In this document: one piece after another, positions 36,488-49,400 of the stretch
Layout of the letters: every line of letters begins with the position of its first letter
Numbering within the stretch: the first letter of the stretch is position 1
DNA from: Podarcis tiliguerta
Taxonomy: Eukaryota
Assembly (NCBI GenBank): GCA_965153285.1
Contig: OZ229120.1
Length of the DNA: 64,000 nucleotides
Reading direction: 5' to 3' (one strand)
The notes under the pieces: model-generated
The model's input: only the letters and a program-made list of their open reading frames with translations
Told to the model about the DNA's origin: nothing
The model's database searches: none
Program-made: the position numbers and the translations under genes

Positions 36488-37209
36488 TGTGGTTCGAGTA
36501 CCTGATCCCCGCTTAGTGAAATGAAGACACACGGACATGTGATATAAGGTTAATGGGCAAGAAAAGGCCACAACTTTATTGATTACAGCAAGTGAAAAGG
36601 TATTGGCTTAGGCATTGGATCACATCACTTGACTCCACCCACTCGGAGAGGGGTGAGTCTAAAAGGGGGGTTTATTCACCAGTAGGTGGAGCCTGTTGAT
36701 GCTAATCCAACTATAAGCTCTCCCCTGATGTCACCGAGGGTCGTGCCATGGCCCCCCCACCACACAGGCATCGGACAGGATCCACGACCGCCGGATTCCT
36801 TTAACGGAATACCCAAAAATTGAAGGCATAGGCGATGGCCACACCTAGCCCTTCCACACACGACAAACACATTCCAATGCCTAACCTACCCACCAATACC
36901 ACGAAAGTTGTGACAGTTGCTATGAGGTAGGCGAAAAAACCACAAAGCCTAATGCCAAATGGAAAAAATCCTACCAGGGCGACCAACCTAAGGTCCATAG
37001 CAAGGCCAAAAGAGAAACTGAAACCCTGAGCTCTAAGGGAGTGGAGGGTGGGTGACTCACGATGGGACGGCGGAAAGTGAGGCCGCATCCATGCCCCCTC
37101 CAAGCCGCCTGGTTGGGCACTTGTCCGTGGGCGTGGTGCACCAGCCAGGTAAGTGGGTGGCAGGGGGCTAACGCCCCCTGCTTGAGGCGGAGATCGGATC
37201 CCGCCCACA
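36488..37209 (-). mobile_element. LTR, probably Gypsy-type (722 bp)
   Basis: Inverted termini TGTGG...CCACA; minus-strand AATAAAGTTGTGGCC about 90 nt from the 3' end; purine-rich AAGAGGGGAGTGGT just 5' on the minus strand. No TSD found. Confidence 0.65.
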
Positions 37210-37970
37210 ACCACTCCCCTCTTGCAGGAGGAGAGACTTAGGCAATAAACACTCATGGATGCCATAAAGATTCAGTCAATTTATTTGACAGGCACAAAAG
37301 CATATTGGTAGCAAATATATACAGACATTCACCACTGCCGTGGTCAAGGTATGCTTAGATTACAACAAGAGTCCAAGACTTTCTCTCTGCTTCTCTCACC
37401 GCAAGATGCAAGAGACTCATAACAAGTTACAACAAGTTACCCAGAATCTTTCTTATCAGTACTTCTCGTCACACTGCCTGTCCAAAGAGCAGTTCCCACA
37501 GAAAATGCCCTTGCATAGACAAAACAATCTCAACCTCTTGCTGCTTCTTGGAACTTCTTCTCTGTTCTTCTCTGTTTCTGGAACAAATGAATGTCTCTCG
37601 CACACGGAGAGAATATCCAACACTCCCTCTCATTTTTACAGAAATAATAGGAACCATGTCCATGTACAGAGTGCTTACACATCACACACTGTAAACCCCA
37701 ACATTTTAAGCAGTTGAGCAAGTCTCTGAAAGAACTAAGAGATTTGGTTACACACCAGCAACAATCGGTTTGCTTCCTGGACTTCCACCACGCCAAGGAA
37801 ACACCAAACTGAAACACCATACAAGACACTGACTCCCAGTCAGGCAAGTTGGACCAGCCACTATATACAAAGCACTTCCGCTCTTCTGGTCTTGAGGATG
37901 ACCACTTAAGACAATAACTACAAATAACAAAACATTTTTCAGCCCCCTCCAGGCTACTACAACACGAGTA

Positions 37971-38192
37971 CAGTCGTACCTTGGAACTTGAACGGAATCT
38001 GTTCCAGAAGTCTGTTCAACTTCCAAAACATTCAGAAACCAAAGTTCGACTTCTGATTGGCTGCAGGAAGCTCTTGCAGCCAATTGGAAGCTGTGGAGTA
38101 CCCGTCGAATGTTTGGCTTTCAAAAATAGTTTGCAAACCAGAATAGTCACTTCCGGGTTTGCAGCCTTTGGGAACTAAATTGTTCGAGAACT
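37971..38192. mobile_element. Tigger/pogo-like MITE, right end truncated
   Basis: TA-CAGTCGTACCTTGGAACTTGAACG left end; the matching right TIR is incomplete. Confidence 0.65.
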
Positions 38193-38669
38193 ATTCCTGA
38201 CTGTTACTTTAGAATTGCTAGCTTCCCTGCCACACTGCCACTTCCTGGTGAGCCAAACCATTTGAGCTGTTACCTGGAACTAGCCAGTTCAGAAACTTCT
38301 GGTAGTTGGATCTGGCCCAATTCCCGCCAGTCAACACCAGTTCCATTAGAGTGAGACTGATGCCCTGCCAAGGACTGTACAGATTTCCTCCCTTAGATGC
38401 AGGCACAGACTGAAACAAGGAAACCTCCAGCTTGTGAGCCTGTGGCGAAATCAACCCCCCTCTTCTGCTTCTGCCTATTGCACACCAAAAAACTCGGCCT
38501 CAGCTAGTTCTAGGCAGCTCTGCATTTCAAAGCAGGAAATAGATAGATAGCCCTGCCAAACTTGCCTCAGTGATATCAGACACCACTTTTCAGCTGTGAA
38601 CTCCTGAAAAATTTGTTTGTTTTGTTGCTGTTTTGTTAAAGTTTTCATATTGTTTTATAGATATGAATA

Positions 38670-38929
38670 CAGTCATACCTTGAGTTAAATGTGCTTCGGG
38701 TTGAGCGCATTCAAGCTGTGCTCTGCGGCAACCTGGAAGTAACGGAGTGCGTTACTTCCGGGTTTCACCGCTCGCGCATGCGCAGGCGCTCAAAATTACG
38801 TTACGCGCATGCGCGGTAGTGTCAAAATGCGACCCGTGCACACACAGACACGCTGTCGCGTCTTGCGTTCCATTCGGGATGCGAATGGGGCTCTAGAACG
38901 GATCCCATTCACATCCCAAGGTACCACTG
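38670..38929. mobile_element. Tigger/pogo-like MITE, GCGCATGCGC-rich
   Basis: TA-CAGTCATACCTTG ... CAAGGTACCACTG-TA. Confidence 0.82.
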
Positions 38930-39899
38930 TACTGTCATAAATTGTGAATCCTATAATATGATTTTTCGTGTAACTGTGATGTTTAGCTTATTTTTTAGTT
39001 GTTTCGTTAATAGTGTTACATAGGTGGCAATTGTTTTATTTGTGATTTGTGATTGCTTTACTGATACTTAACTAGTATAGTTAAGTATTCTATGCAATAA
39101 ATGCTGTATTTGTGATGTTCCATTATGTTATTTTTATCTTTTGTTTGTAAGCTGCTTTGGGATTTATTTGAATAAAAAGCAACATGGAAATACTATAGAA
39201 AGAAAAAGTTTTGTCTTCTATTTTGAGAGAACCCTATAAGGAAAACATATTTAAATAGTATCCATTATATACACAATCAACACAGGAGAAACTTCAGCAA
39301 AAGAAACCTCTCCTCTCCCACTCACAGCTTGCAGACTGCATCTGAGCTCTGCATCTGAGACTGTGAGATTTATTGCAAATTTTACACCCCCCTCTGAACC
39401 AGGGAAAAACCACGTAACATTACAGGTTTGCTTCCTCTTAAATTGCTCATTGAAGCTTGTGGTGTCAGAGCAAATCCTTCTGTGGCTGGAGAGATATTGC
39501 ATGTTCTATCTTTTGGGTTCCCTTTAAGGGTGACTTACGCCCAAACAAACCTGCCTAGAGTAGAGCCAGCTACAGAGGTTTAACATTCAACTTTCTGCAG
39601 CTGAGGACATATCATGTCAGAGGCCGCTTCAGGGCCTCATCACAGACCAGATGAGGAGCTTCTGGGGGCACCGCAGCAGGTGCCACCACTATTACATCCA
39701 ATGGAAGGCAAGATTTTGGAGTCACACAGGGCACCACTGAAATTTGAGATGCCAGGGTCTGCCACTGATCATGAATTACCTTATGGCCAGATGCTAGGAC
39801 AGTCAGCTTGAGAGCAAACAGACCCAGGTGGTATTCAAGCTTGCTCTCTGAATTTCCTGCATCTGATCTGTTGGTTAGTAAAAGGTCCCTGTTGCTCAG

Positions 39900-40045
39900 T
39901 GGAATGGACTCCTTCAGGAAGTTCACTGGAATTTTTAAGCAAAGGTTGGATGGCCATCTGACATGGATGCTTTAGCTGAGATTCCTGCATTGCAGAGGCT
40001 AGGACAAGATGACACTTGGGGTCCCTTCCAACTCTATGATTTGAT
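39900..40045 (+). mobile_element. CR1 3' tail fragment
   Basis: Homologous to 41905-42057. Confidence 0.7.
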
Positions 40046-41664
40046 GGTACTGGTATCCAGCTTATTCCAGGTGGATTTAAACATCTAGTCCAGGAATGTG
40101 GGTTGGCCAAGTAGCATGGTCAATAGCCAAGGATGAGGGAAGATGCCATGCTGCAACATCTGAAAGTGCAAAGATTCTCTACTCCTATTCTGAAGCATAC
40201 TGCCGTGGTCCTACCCTTGACCAGTGACTGAGAGACTAACCTGAAAGAGGAGGCATCACCAGGGCCAATGACTAGGAATGATGGGGATTGTAGTAGAACA
40301 GCTTCCTGGAGGGGCACAGGTTCTGCTTCCCTGAGCTAGCCCATGTTTGTAGTTGTAATTATTGTTAATTAACAAAGTGGGGAATGTGCAATCCCTCAGA
40401 CCCCTTTGCATTACATTGAGCCGGAAAGGGTTACACCAGAGGTGGGCCTTTAGATGCCACACTGCATGTCAGCTCTCTGCATCAGTGTGATGAATTTGAT
40501 TCTAGTAGGTTCCTTCCGGTCCCCTGAGCAGCTGCTTTTACCTCTTGAGGAAGAACCTTTGGAGAAACGGGACTGTACTAGCCTTCCAGATTTCCATGTG
40601 CTATTATTTGTCTTAGCACTAGGCAATGAAATAAATAGGTGGGAGTGAATGGTTCTAGGCATATGCTAGAGTCATTCCCTTCCATTTATTGTCCAGTTCT
40701 GAGAAGCTGGTATTTATTTCCTACTGGAGAGGGAGCATCTGCAGAGGAAGCAACAAAGTATCACTTCCCCACACCTTTTTTAAAAATAATAATAATAATG
40801 GAAATGGAAGAAAGCAGCTTTATTTTACAAACCAAGCTTAAACATCTTAGCACTGAATTATTCATACCAATAATATACTAAATCTATAATCCTGAATTAA
40901 TTGCCCTTGGTGGTGAGTGGAACTAATAATTTGCCATTTGAAATACAAACATATCTTGCACTAGGAAAATATTAACATAATTCATGTCATAGGCTTGCAA
41001 ACATTGCCACCTTTCCTGTCGCTGTTTGAGACCAAATTTCACTTGCGCAACCTGCCTCTGTTGATATGGTTCTGAACTGGTTACTCTGACTGTGGAACAT
41101 TTTGTAATATTTGCAATTTTATTCTGAGATAATTGATTCTTCTAATTCACAATTAGGGGTCAACTAATCTGTTAATTTCTGTTTCTCTCAGTGTCTCATG
41201 TTTTTAGTTTTCAGTGCAGTTTGGTACATTTTTGTATCAATTTGAGATCTCCACACACAACTGCCCCTCACCATAATATACATTTCTTTTAATGCACACT
41301 TTTTTGTAAGCAATTTCTTCTAATATAATAAGGGAATAATAATAGATTATTATGTATGTTATTTTCACTGATATGTACATTTTAATGCACGTTCCCCCCT
41401 AATGTACACATTTTTGTATAACTTCTTTGCTTGGTGAAGTGAATCACAAGATTTAGAAAAGTGTGTGTTTTGAAGGACAGCTGGATTTTGGTCTGTGAAA
41501 TGTTTTGAGAATCGCAAATTAAGTAGATGCGCATTAAAACAGAGAACTGAACCAAATCTTCCCCCATCCCTAGTGACAAATCAGTATAGGCTGTTATTTT
41601 GTCTTCCATAATTCCTCACCCCCCAAATATAATTCTTTGCTGGGGTGCATTTAAAGTGAAATTA

Positions 41665-42057
41665 ATGGAGTTGGGTACGTTTAGCCTGGAGAAGAGGAGA
41701 CTGAGAAGAGATATGATACCCATCTTCAAAAATTTCAATGGCTGTCACATGGAAGAGGGAGCAAGCTTGTTTTCTCCTACTTCTGGAGGGTGGAACTTGA
41801 ACCAATGGCTTCAAGTTACAATAAAGGAGAGTCCAGCTAAGCACCAAGAAGAACTTTCTGACAGCAAAAAGCTACTCTCAGCAGAACAGTCTCCCTCTGG
41901 AGCTGGTGGACTCTCCTTCCTTGGAAGTTTTTAAGCAGAGGTTGGATGGCCACCTTTCATGGATGCTTTAGCTGAGATTCGTGAACTGCAGGGGGTTGGG
42001 CCAGATGACCTTTGTGGTCCCTTCCAGTTCTACAATTCTACGATTCTATGAATCTAT
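41665..42057 (+). mobile_element. CR1 LINE 3' end
   Basis: Encodes ELGTFSLEKRRLRRDMIPIFK (CR1 ORF2 C-terminus); ends in ATTCTA(C/T)G octamer repeats. Confidence 0.9.
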
Positions 42058-42336
42058 GGTTCTCATTGAAAGATGTGGCTTCAGCATAGGAAAAAAAGTA
42101 ATCCTGCCCCACACTTTATCCTCTGAATGCTTTTGGGATGGGGAGGTAGCTGCTGTCCACTCCTATGACTTAGAAGCCTCTAGAGATCACACAACACATC
42201 CATTGCTCCCTTTCTAAGAAGTGAAAACTATATATGGTAATGGACGTTCTCCCCTTCCTCCGGGTAGGCGGTTGTTACAGAGCCTCATGCTCAGTCAGTC
42301 AGAATGCACATGGCTGGGTGGCCGATGGGGAATTTA

Positions 42337-42578
42337 CAGTGGTAGCTCAGGTTAAGTACTTAATTCGTTCCAGAGGTCCGTTCTTAAACTGAAACTGTTC
42401 TTAATCAGAAGCACCACTTTAGCTAATGGGGCCTCCTGCTGCCGCCGCGCCGCCAGAGCATGATTTCTGTTCTTATCCTGAAGCAAAGTTCTTAACCTGA
42501 AGCACTATTTCTGGGTTAGCGGAGTGTGTAACCTGAAGCGTATGTAACCTGAAGCGTATGTAACCTGAGGTACCACTG
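42337..42578. mobile_element. Tigger/pogo-like MITE, GGTTA-repeat family
   Basis: TIRs with TA TSD; inverted homologue of 12054-12276. Confidence 0.9.
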
Positions 42579-45500
42579 TACTTGGTCAACCTGGCCAGCT
42601 GGCTGAAGTTCCCGCCAGCTCCTGCAGCTCAAATTGGCCAATGAGAGGCCTCCTCTGGAGGGTGTGCCTTGCTGGCCGAAAGGCATTGGCTGCCTGCCTA
42701 TCTGGGCAGGCAACGAGGCATAAAAGCCAGCAGTGGTAATTGTCATTCCGGAGAATCTGATCACCTCATGGGGCACATTTCTCCTTCGTTGCATCTCATG
42801 AATAAATTTGATTTATTTTTTTATCATTTACTAACTTCAAGCCTAAAAATGGATTCTAGGCGCCTTTTTGATCCATGGTTCAAAGCATGAATAAAAACAC
42901 AATAAAAAACAGGCATGCAAAGGAAATTAACTAAAGTTCCTCTACAGCACCAACAGACCTAGTGTGGGCAAACTTCAGGTTGGTGGGTTCTACTTTGCTT
43001 TGTTTTATAAACCCTCAAGGTGTACCAGTGGTGACTTGACACAGAATGGGAGGTGGATCTGGATGCGGTAAGTTGGAACCAACCACCTACTACACTCAGT
43101 GGGATTTGGCACATATGCAAATGCTTACCTAAAGCAGAGTTACGACAGATGAGTGATTCTAACAATCTGATTTAGAAGCGGGAGAAAGCTGCTTTGTTGT
43201 TGCTAAGAAACCCTCCCCAATTTACAGCAAATAATCCAGAGATCTACCAGTGGATTCTGATCTTCCTTCTGCACACCCCTCATTTTGATCACCCCCCCCA
43301 AAAAAAACTATTGAACTCTGCAACAAAAAATGGCCCATCCTTCGGACAAATGGCATGTTGTTGCAGGTACCGGCCCTCTGTGCCACTAGAATAGTACATA
43401 CTGCCCTATGTTTAAAATCTGTCTTACAATTGTAAGCTTAGTCACAGTTTTAGATCAGAGCACTACAGCCAAGCTATTCTAATTTAAACGTCTTGTTCTC
43501 CGTTTTATATATGTAAATAAAGCAATTGCTTAAACAAGGTGCTCATAATTAAGGCTTTTTATATCCTGCACACGAGCTATATAAGCTTCTCCTCCTCCTT
43601 GGATGAATACCGCATTCCAGAGGAAGCGCACTCGCCATCTATAATCACGCTTCCTCCTTTTTATTTTTGCTTTCGTCGACTCTCTAACTGCTGTGCACCG
43701 AAACCTGCACCAAAGACCACATTCGGTTCAGGCTAGCCAATAAAACACTGCCTGGGAGGTTGTTGTTGTTGGTTTGTTTAGCATTGAAGTGGCAACACGA
43801 TTCACCCAGAAGGGGGAGCTGTCAGCCTGCATGTCGTGCAGGAAAGATTCAGGCTGGTTATTCTGTTCTAAGGCTTAACATTTGTCTGACGGAAAACGAT
43901 CAGTACAAATCATGCGCTCTGGTGCTGAAGCATACTGGACTTCATCTGCTGGGAAAGATGTGCAGATATACTTATCACACTTCATAATTTAATAAACTTA
44001 TATATATGTACTCCCCCCCCCACTCGAGCAATGCAAGTCTTGTACCCAAGCTCATGTAACCACAAAGACATTTAAATATTTCACTAATATGTCATGAATG
44101 CTGTGCCCATTGCAAATTAATGAGTCTCTGAATAGCAGTGTGCATTTGTCATCTGAATTTATGCTAATCACTGAGGTCTCCTGATTATTCCGATAGTCCA
44201 CAGCAGCTGCTCAGACTATAAAGTCGATAAAGGCATATTATTTCTTTCCACTTTTTGAATTCTTCCCCCCCCTCCTCCCTCAGATTTCCTAGGCTGTCAT
44301 TTGGGCAGCAGTCCTGCAGCTGGTTATTGATAGGGCTGCTAATTATCTTTGACTTTACACCACAGGTCTGACCCCAAATGCTGAGCAGAAGTAATGGATC
44401 AGTGTTGAGAGAATTATGTACATCACACACTGACAGCCTCAGACCAGGAGGTCAAAAGAAGTTCACTGGGAACCAGTGGTATTTACCGAGTGTGTTGGCA
44501 CAGTAACGGATAACATTTTTTCCCAGATACAGAGTATAATTTATATTAATAAGTTGGTCTGAGACTGTAACTGTGCACATAGGACTTATATTTCACACTG
44601 CAGATAAAGAAAATTTTAAAATTTGAGTGGGGAGGGGGATGAAAGAAGGCACTCTAACTCCTCAAGTGGTTGATCATGGCCAAGCCACTCTTACCCAGAG
44701 CAGCTTAGGACATCAATCATATTTTCACATACAAGAAGTGTGTGAATTTATGTTTTCTGTGCACACACATCCACCACCACCTTCCAGAAAGAGCTGTGTG
44801 CACCGAACTCATGTCAGCGGGTCATGTACCTCCCTGCTTTGGAAATTAGTTATATCTGCAAATGCAGGAAGCATAGTCACATGCAGGAAATGTATCCACA
44901 TGCTTCATGTATTTAAGCATATCATGCAAATATTAACAACTTGCTCCCCTCATATTGTTCCATTTTCCTTTTTTATCAAAAGAAATCTGTCTGTCTGTCT
45001 GAGTATCATTGGTCAATCAAAACTATGCAACAGTAAGATCCATAATATCTTCACATTCCTTTGCTCTTCACAATACAACACACCACCAACTTATGTGAAC
45101 CTGAAATATTTGATTAATGATCAGCATTTAAATTATCCATTGGTGAGTTAATGGCCTCTCACCCTTCTTCTAGTCTTCAGCAGTGAGAGTTCTCACTGGC
45201 ACAGACCAATAATAACTTATGGAAATATTCTTGCAAGAATCAAGAGCTTTTCAGGCATTCTAATCCTTTACATGATGAGGAAAAGTGGGGATAAGTGTGC
45301 TTGATTTGCTTCTCACCACCGTCCCCATCACTTCACACAAATGTGAGCGATAAATTCTGAAGCAGGAAACCCTAGAACTTGGATCCTCCAGGATTCTAAA
45401 TTGGGATGGAGAAGAAATTTGATTTTGTTTGAGTTTTAATGAGAAACTACCTAACCTGGCCTTCTTGAACCAACAGGCATACCAAGACATAGCTATCCTT

Positions 45501-45689
45501 CAAAATTCACACTCAGGGCAATATTATACACGCTACTCAGCACTAGCACCTGAATCATGAACAGATATCTTCTGGGATAATGTTCTCTGGATAGTCTCTG
45601 GAAGAAGTCCAGAGAAATATGGGCCTTCCCAAATGGCAATGCCCACTGATCCAATTTTCTCCTTAGCACTTTGCTGCTACAAGCCCTTA

Positions 45690-46470
45690 TCTGTCATTAA
45701 TACTCTTTCTTCTGAGGAAAAGTTACAACACTTTTGGGACTTTTTAGTTAGGGGGAAAAGACAAATAAGAGGGAATGTGGTAGAGGTGTGTAATGTTGTG
45801 CACAGAGTGGAGAAAGTGGATAACGAGATTTTTCTCCCTCTCTCGGAATACTGGAAACTGGGGCTATCCAATGAAACAGAACATTAGGTGATTCAGAACA
45901 GACAAAAAAGGAAGTACGGTACTTCTTCACACTAACTATGAAATTCACCACCGCTAGATATAATGATGTCTGCCAACTTGGATGTTTTTCAAAGGGGTTT
46001 GGACAAATTCATGGAGGATCAAGATACCAGTGGTTACTAGCCACAATGGCAATGTAACACCAGTTGTTGGGAATCACAAGGATTGAGGGCTTATCCACCT
46101 TTCCTCTGCTCTTTCCAGGCACTTAAAGCTCCATGTCTGAGCGCCCTTTCATTTCATCCCACAGCCTTTCTTGTGAAAGTCCACTCTCTAAAACTCAATC
46201 AGAGCCAATGGCAGTCTATGTAAAACCCAAATTGACATTTGTTCTGATGCAGCTTTAAAGAGTGGGTTTTCATGGGAAAAGCTCTGAAGCTCTGAACAAT
46301 AACAACACACTCGGACATGGAGCATTAAAGCAGACAGACCTCTGCCTGAAAAGAGTGGGGCAAAAGTTAAGTATGGATCTTCTCATAGTCATCTGGTTGA
46401 CCACTGTGAAAACAGGATTTTGGACTAGATGAGCCTTTGGTCTTATGCAGCAGGGCTCTTATGTCCTTAT
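45690..46470 (+). mobile_element. CR1 3' fragment interrupted by an unrelated insert (about 46086-46380)
   Basis: TTGGACAAATTCATGGAGGAT and GGACTAGATG...CTCTTATG segments match 17830-18148 on either side of the insert. Confidence 0.65.
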
Positions 46471-49400
46471 ACAAGTTTAATAAAGAAAGAAAAAGAATAT
46501 TAAATATTTATGTGATGGTCTGATATCACAAAGTGTGTAGGATATGCATTTGCTGGAGGTATGGGATATGGAGAGAGGGATCAACCTATCTGTGTTTGAA
46601 AAATGCGCTAAGAATGTTCTAGTAAATAAATTCAGGGAGATATGCACTCTGGTGTCCGAGAAGGTGTCCACAGAAGTAGGGAAAGGACAGGGGCGGGCGG
46701 GAATTGATTGACAGCACAGCTTTATGTAGATATTCAGTGTCTGGACACTGAATATTCAAAGGGGAAGCAGTGAAGGTGCATTTGAACATATGCATCTAGG
46801 TTGGTGGCAGGGCCTGCTGTTATATGGTCTGATATAATGTTAGCCTGACAAGTGGCAGACTTCGGGCTCTCAAATTACAGTGGTGCCCTGTGTAATGCTA
46901 AAATTCTGCGGGCCCCCCTTGCGCTCCTGCATTGTTGTGGCACCCCCTTCAGCTTGGCACCCAGTATGGCAGAGCCAGTCATGCTGCCCTAAAATCGACT
47001 CTTAGCTGACTTCAGGCTTGCAAAGTTTACATTGATATCCCTGCCCCTCTGCCCACCCCAAACACCCAGATCGACCAACTAGAACCAATTGCAAAATAGT
47101 GGCACAGCAGGATGGGCTTAGAATTAAGGAAGATTTTGCACTAGAACTTATGTACAGATAAAAAATTTCTACTCTTAGTTCCAGATCTAAGCTCAGAGTC
47201 TTTTCGCATAAAATCCATTCCTGGTCCCATCCTTCCAAAGCTTCTTTATTTCAACAGCCTGCTTTAGATGAAGTGTGGCATTTAACTTTAGCTACTATAA
47301 AACAATAGGGTCGGATGTCTTCACTATGTGCTTATTGACTGCATCTCACCCAGCACGTCCCGATCTATCTTTTGCCCACCCTCGTTCTAATAATTGCCCT
47401 AGAGTAGACGTAGCTGTCATGGGTGCCCTCCCATCAACCCCAGTCAACATGGGCAGTGATCAGGGATGACGGGAGTTGTAGGCTAGCAAGACCAGACTGC
47501 CTATCCCTGCCCTACATTTGGTTTGTTAGCAGAAACAATGTTAGCAGAGCAATGACTCGTAACTGTGCAATCCTATGCATGCCTCCTCAGAAGCAAGTCC
47601 TGTTCTGTTGGGGCTTATTCTCAGGTAAGTGGGTATGGGATTGCAGCCTAAGTGGAACAGGATGGAGTTACCAATGTCGGCATTGGCCTGAAAGAGGTAC
47701 CCCACTGCCTCTTAAATACTGGGATGAAGAAAAAAATTGCACCAGTAGTTAATCTCAGAATATTACAAGCTGAGCTCTTGAGCTTGAACAATGGAATATA
47801 CAAAAGGAAAAGAGAGCTGACTGTCTCCACAGCTTCAAAGCTGTTCCACACAGACTCCCGGGAGGGCTTCTTAATATATATCTAGATCTGTGTATCTAGC
47901 CCCATTCTGAGGGTTAAAGGCCCCCTTCAGAGGAACAGACTTTGCTAAGAAGCAGCAAATAGCTCCTTTGCTACAGCTCGGCAGCCCTTCTTATCCAGGA
48001 GGGAGAGACATTTCCCCCTGTTCTCAGCAAACTTTGAAATGTAAACTCATTGGATTGATGGCTCCTTCTGGTCCTGGCAGTCTTTTTGATAGCTAGTGCT
48101 CTTTTTGGTAATACTTGTTAAAATGACTCTCCAGCAAAGTTTCCCTTTCCCCCCTCCCTCCGCTTTCCCTTGGAAAGAAGAGAGTGGAGCCAGAGTGGCA
48201 GGCAAGCGCCTACTCTTGCTACCCTTGAAAGTCGCATTTCCCGTCCAATTTATCTGCTCTTGGGTGAGGGTGCTTGTCCAAACACAGTGGCCTTAGCTAG
48301 CTGCAAGCCTTCCCGTACATGATTAGGTAGGATCCCACTTCAAATAAGGCTAGAGTGAACCACACTACCAAATTTGATTTGGTTTGGCTTTCTCTGTAGC
48401 ATACTTCCAGAATTAATCACCAAGACTGTCGCTGTTAGGAGGACTGCTATGCTTCTCTTTATCAGTTCCCTGCTTTCAAAAAGTTCCCTGAGACCCAAGG
48501 GCACTGGAACAACAGACCTGCCCTGGACTCGGTTGTTTTGTTTCCCAAAGAGAACAGATATTTTTCATTTGCTGCTTTGTCCCTGGAGGAATGTTCTGAA
48601 TATTCCCACCAAAGCTTTTGTGTCAAACAATTCAAAGTGTTTGGACAACCACCTTCCTGCTTCTTTCTCCTGCAGCCCAACAAGGCATCAGCCTAACAAG
48701 GCTTCTAGCAATGCACTGGTAGCCATTTCCTTTTGTTTGCTGTGAATGCTGAAGCGCGAGATATAGGCCTTTGTGATTTGAAAGCTCGCTTCAAGAGCTA
48801 TATGAGCACTCATTTCAGACAAGGGTATATCACCTCACTCATTTGCTCTAGCTTTCTAGATCTGTCGAAGCAATGTAGCTACTAAGGTCTGTAATAGTTT
48901 TGTGGTCTCCGATCTTGAACTGAAAGGAGCTTCCAGGTGGGAGTTTGGTGTGGTACTGGACTGCTCATGAATCTCCACCAGGGATGGGCAACCGTTTTGG
49001 CTTCGCAGGCTAAATCCATGTCAGGATCTGCCTTGCAGGCCAGTTTTGACAGGTGGGGCTGGCCACCTGCCAATCACATGGCAACATTATGTCACGTGAT
49101 TGACAGGAGGGTTCTTTTGCCCACCTGTCAAAATCCCTTGCATAGAGTTCCTAAGCGCACAACAGTCAACTGGCTGTCTGGTGTTTGACAATGGCAGCAC
49201 AAGGGGCATTGTTAGTCGTGTGTTCAAAACTTTGAGGATGACTGGCATCATGGGACACTAGCATTAAATTGCTCCCTGCAATGGCTGTAGCCACAAGTCA
49301 ATTGGTTCTTATGGGGTAGCTTACTATGGAAGCTGGCAGGCATCCTCTTTGGCTTTCCATAAAACCCATTTCCTGACCCACACAGGTAAATCTTATTGCT

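Noticed and set aside
36801-37265. 154-aa ORF with a hydrophobic C-terminus (env-like?)
   Set aside because: Lies within the LTR and has no recognisable env motifs.
41154-41572. TAGGG...CCCTA hAT-like element
   Set aside because: Ends are suggestive but the TSD is too degraded to call.
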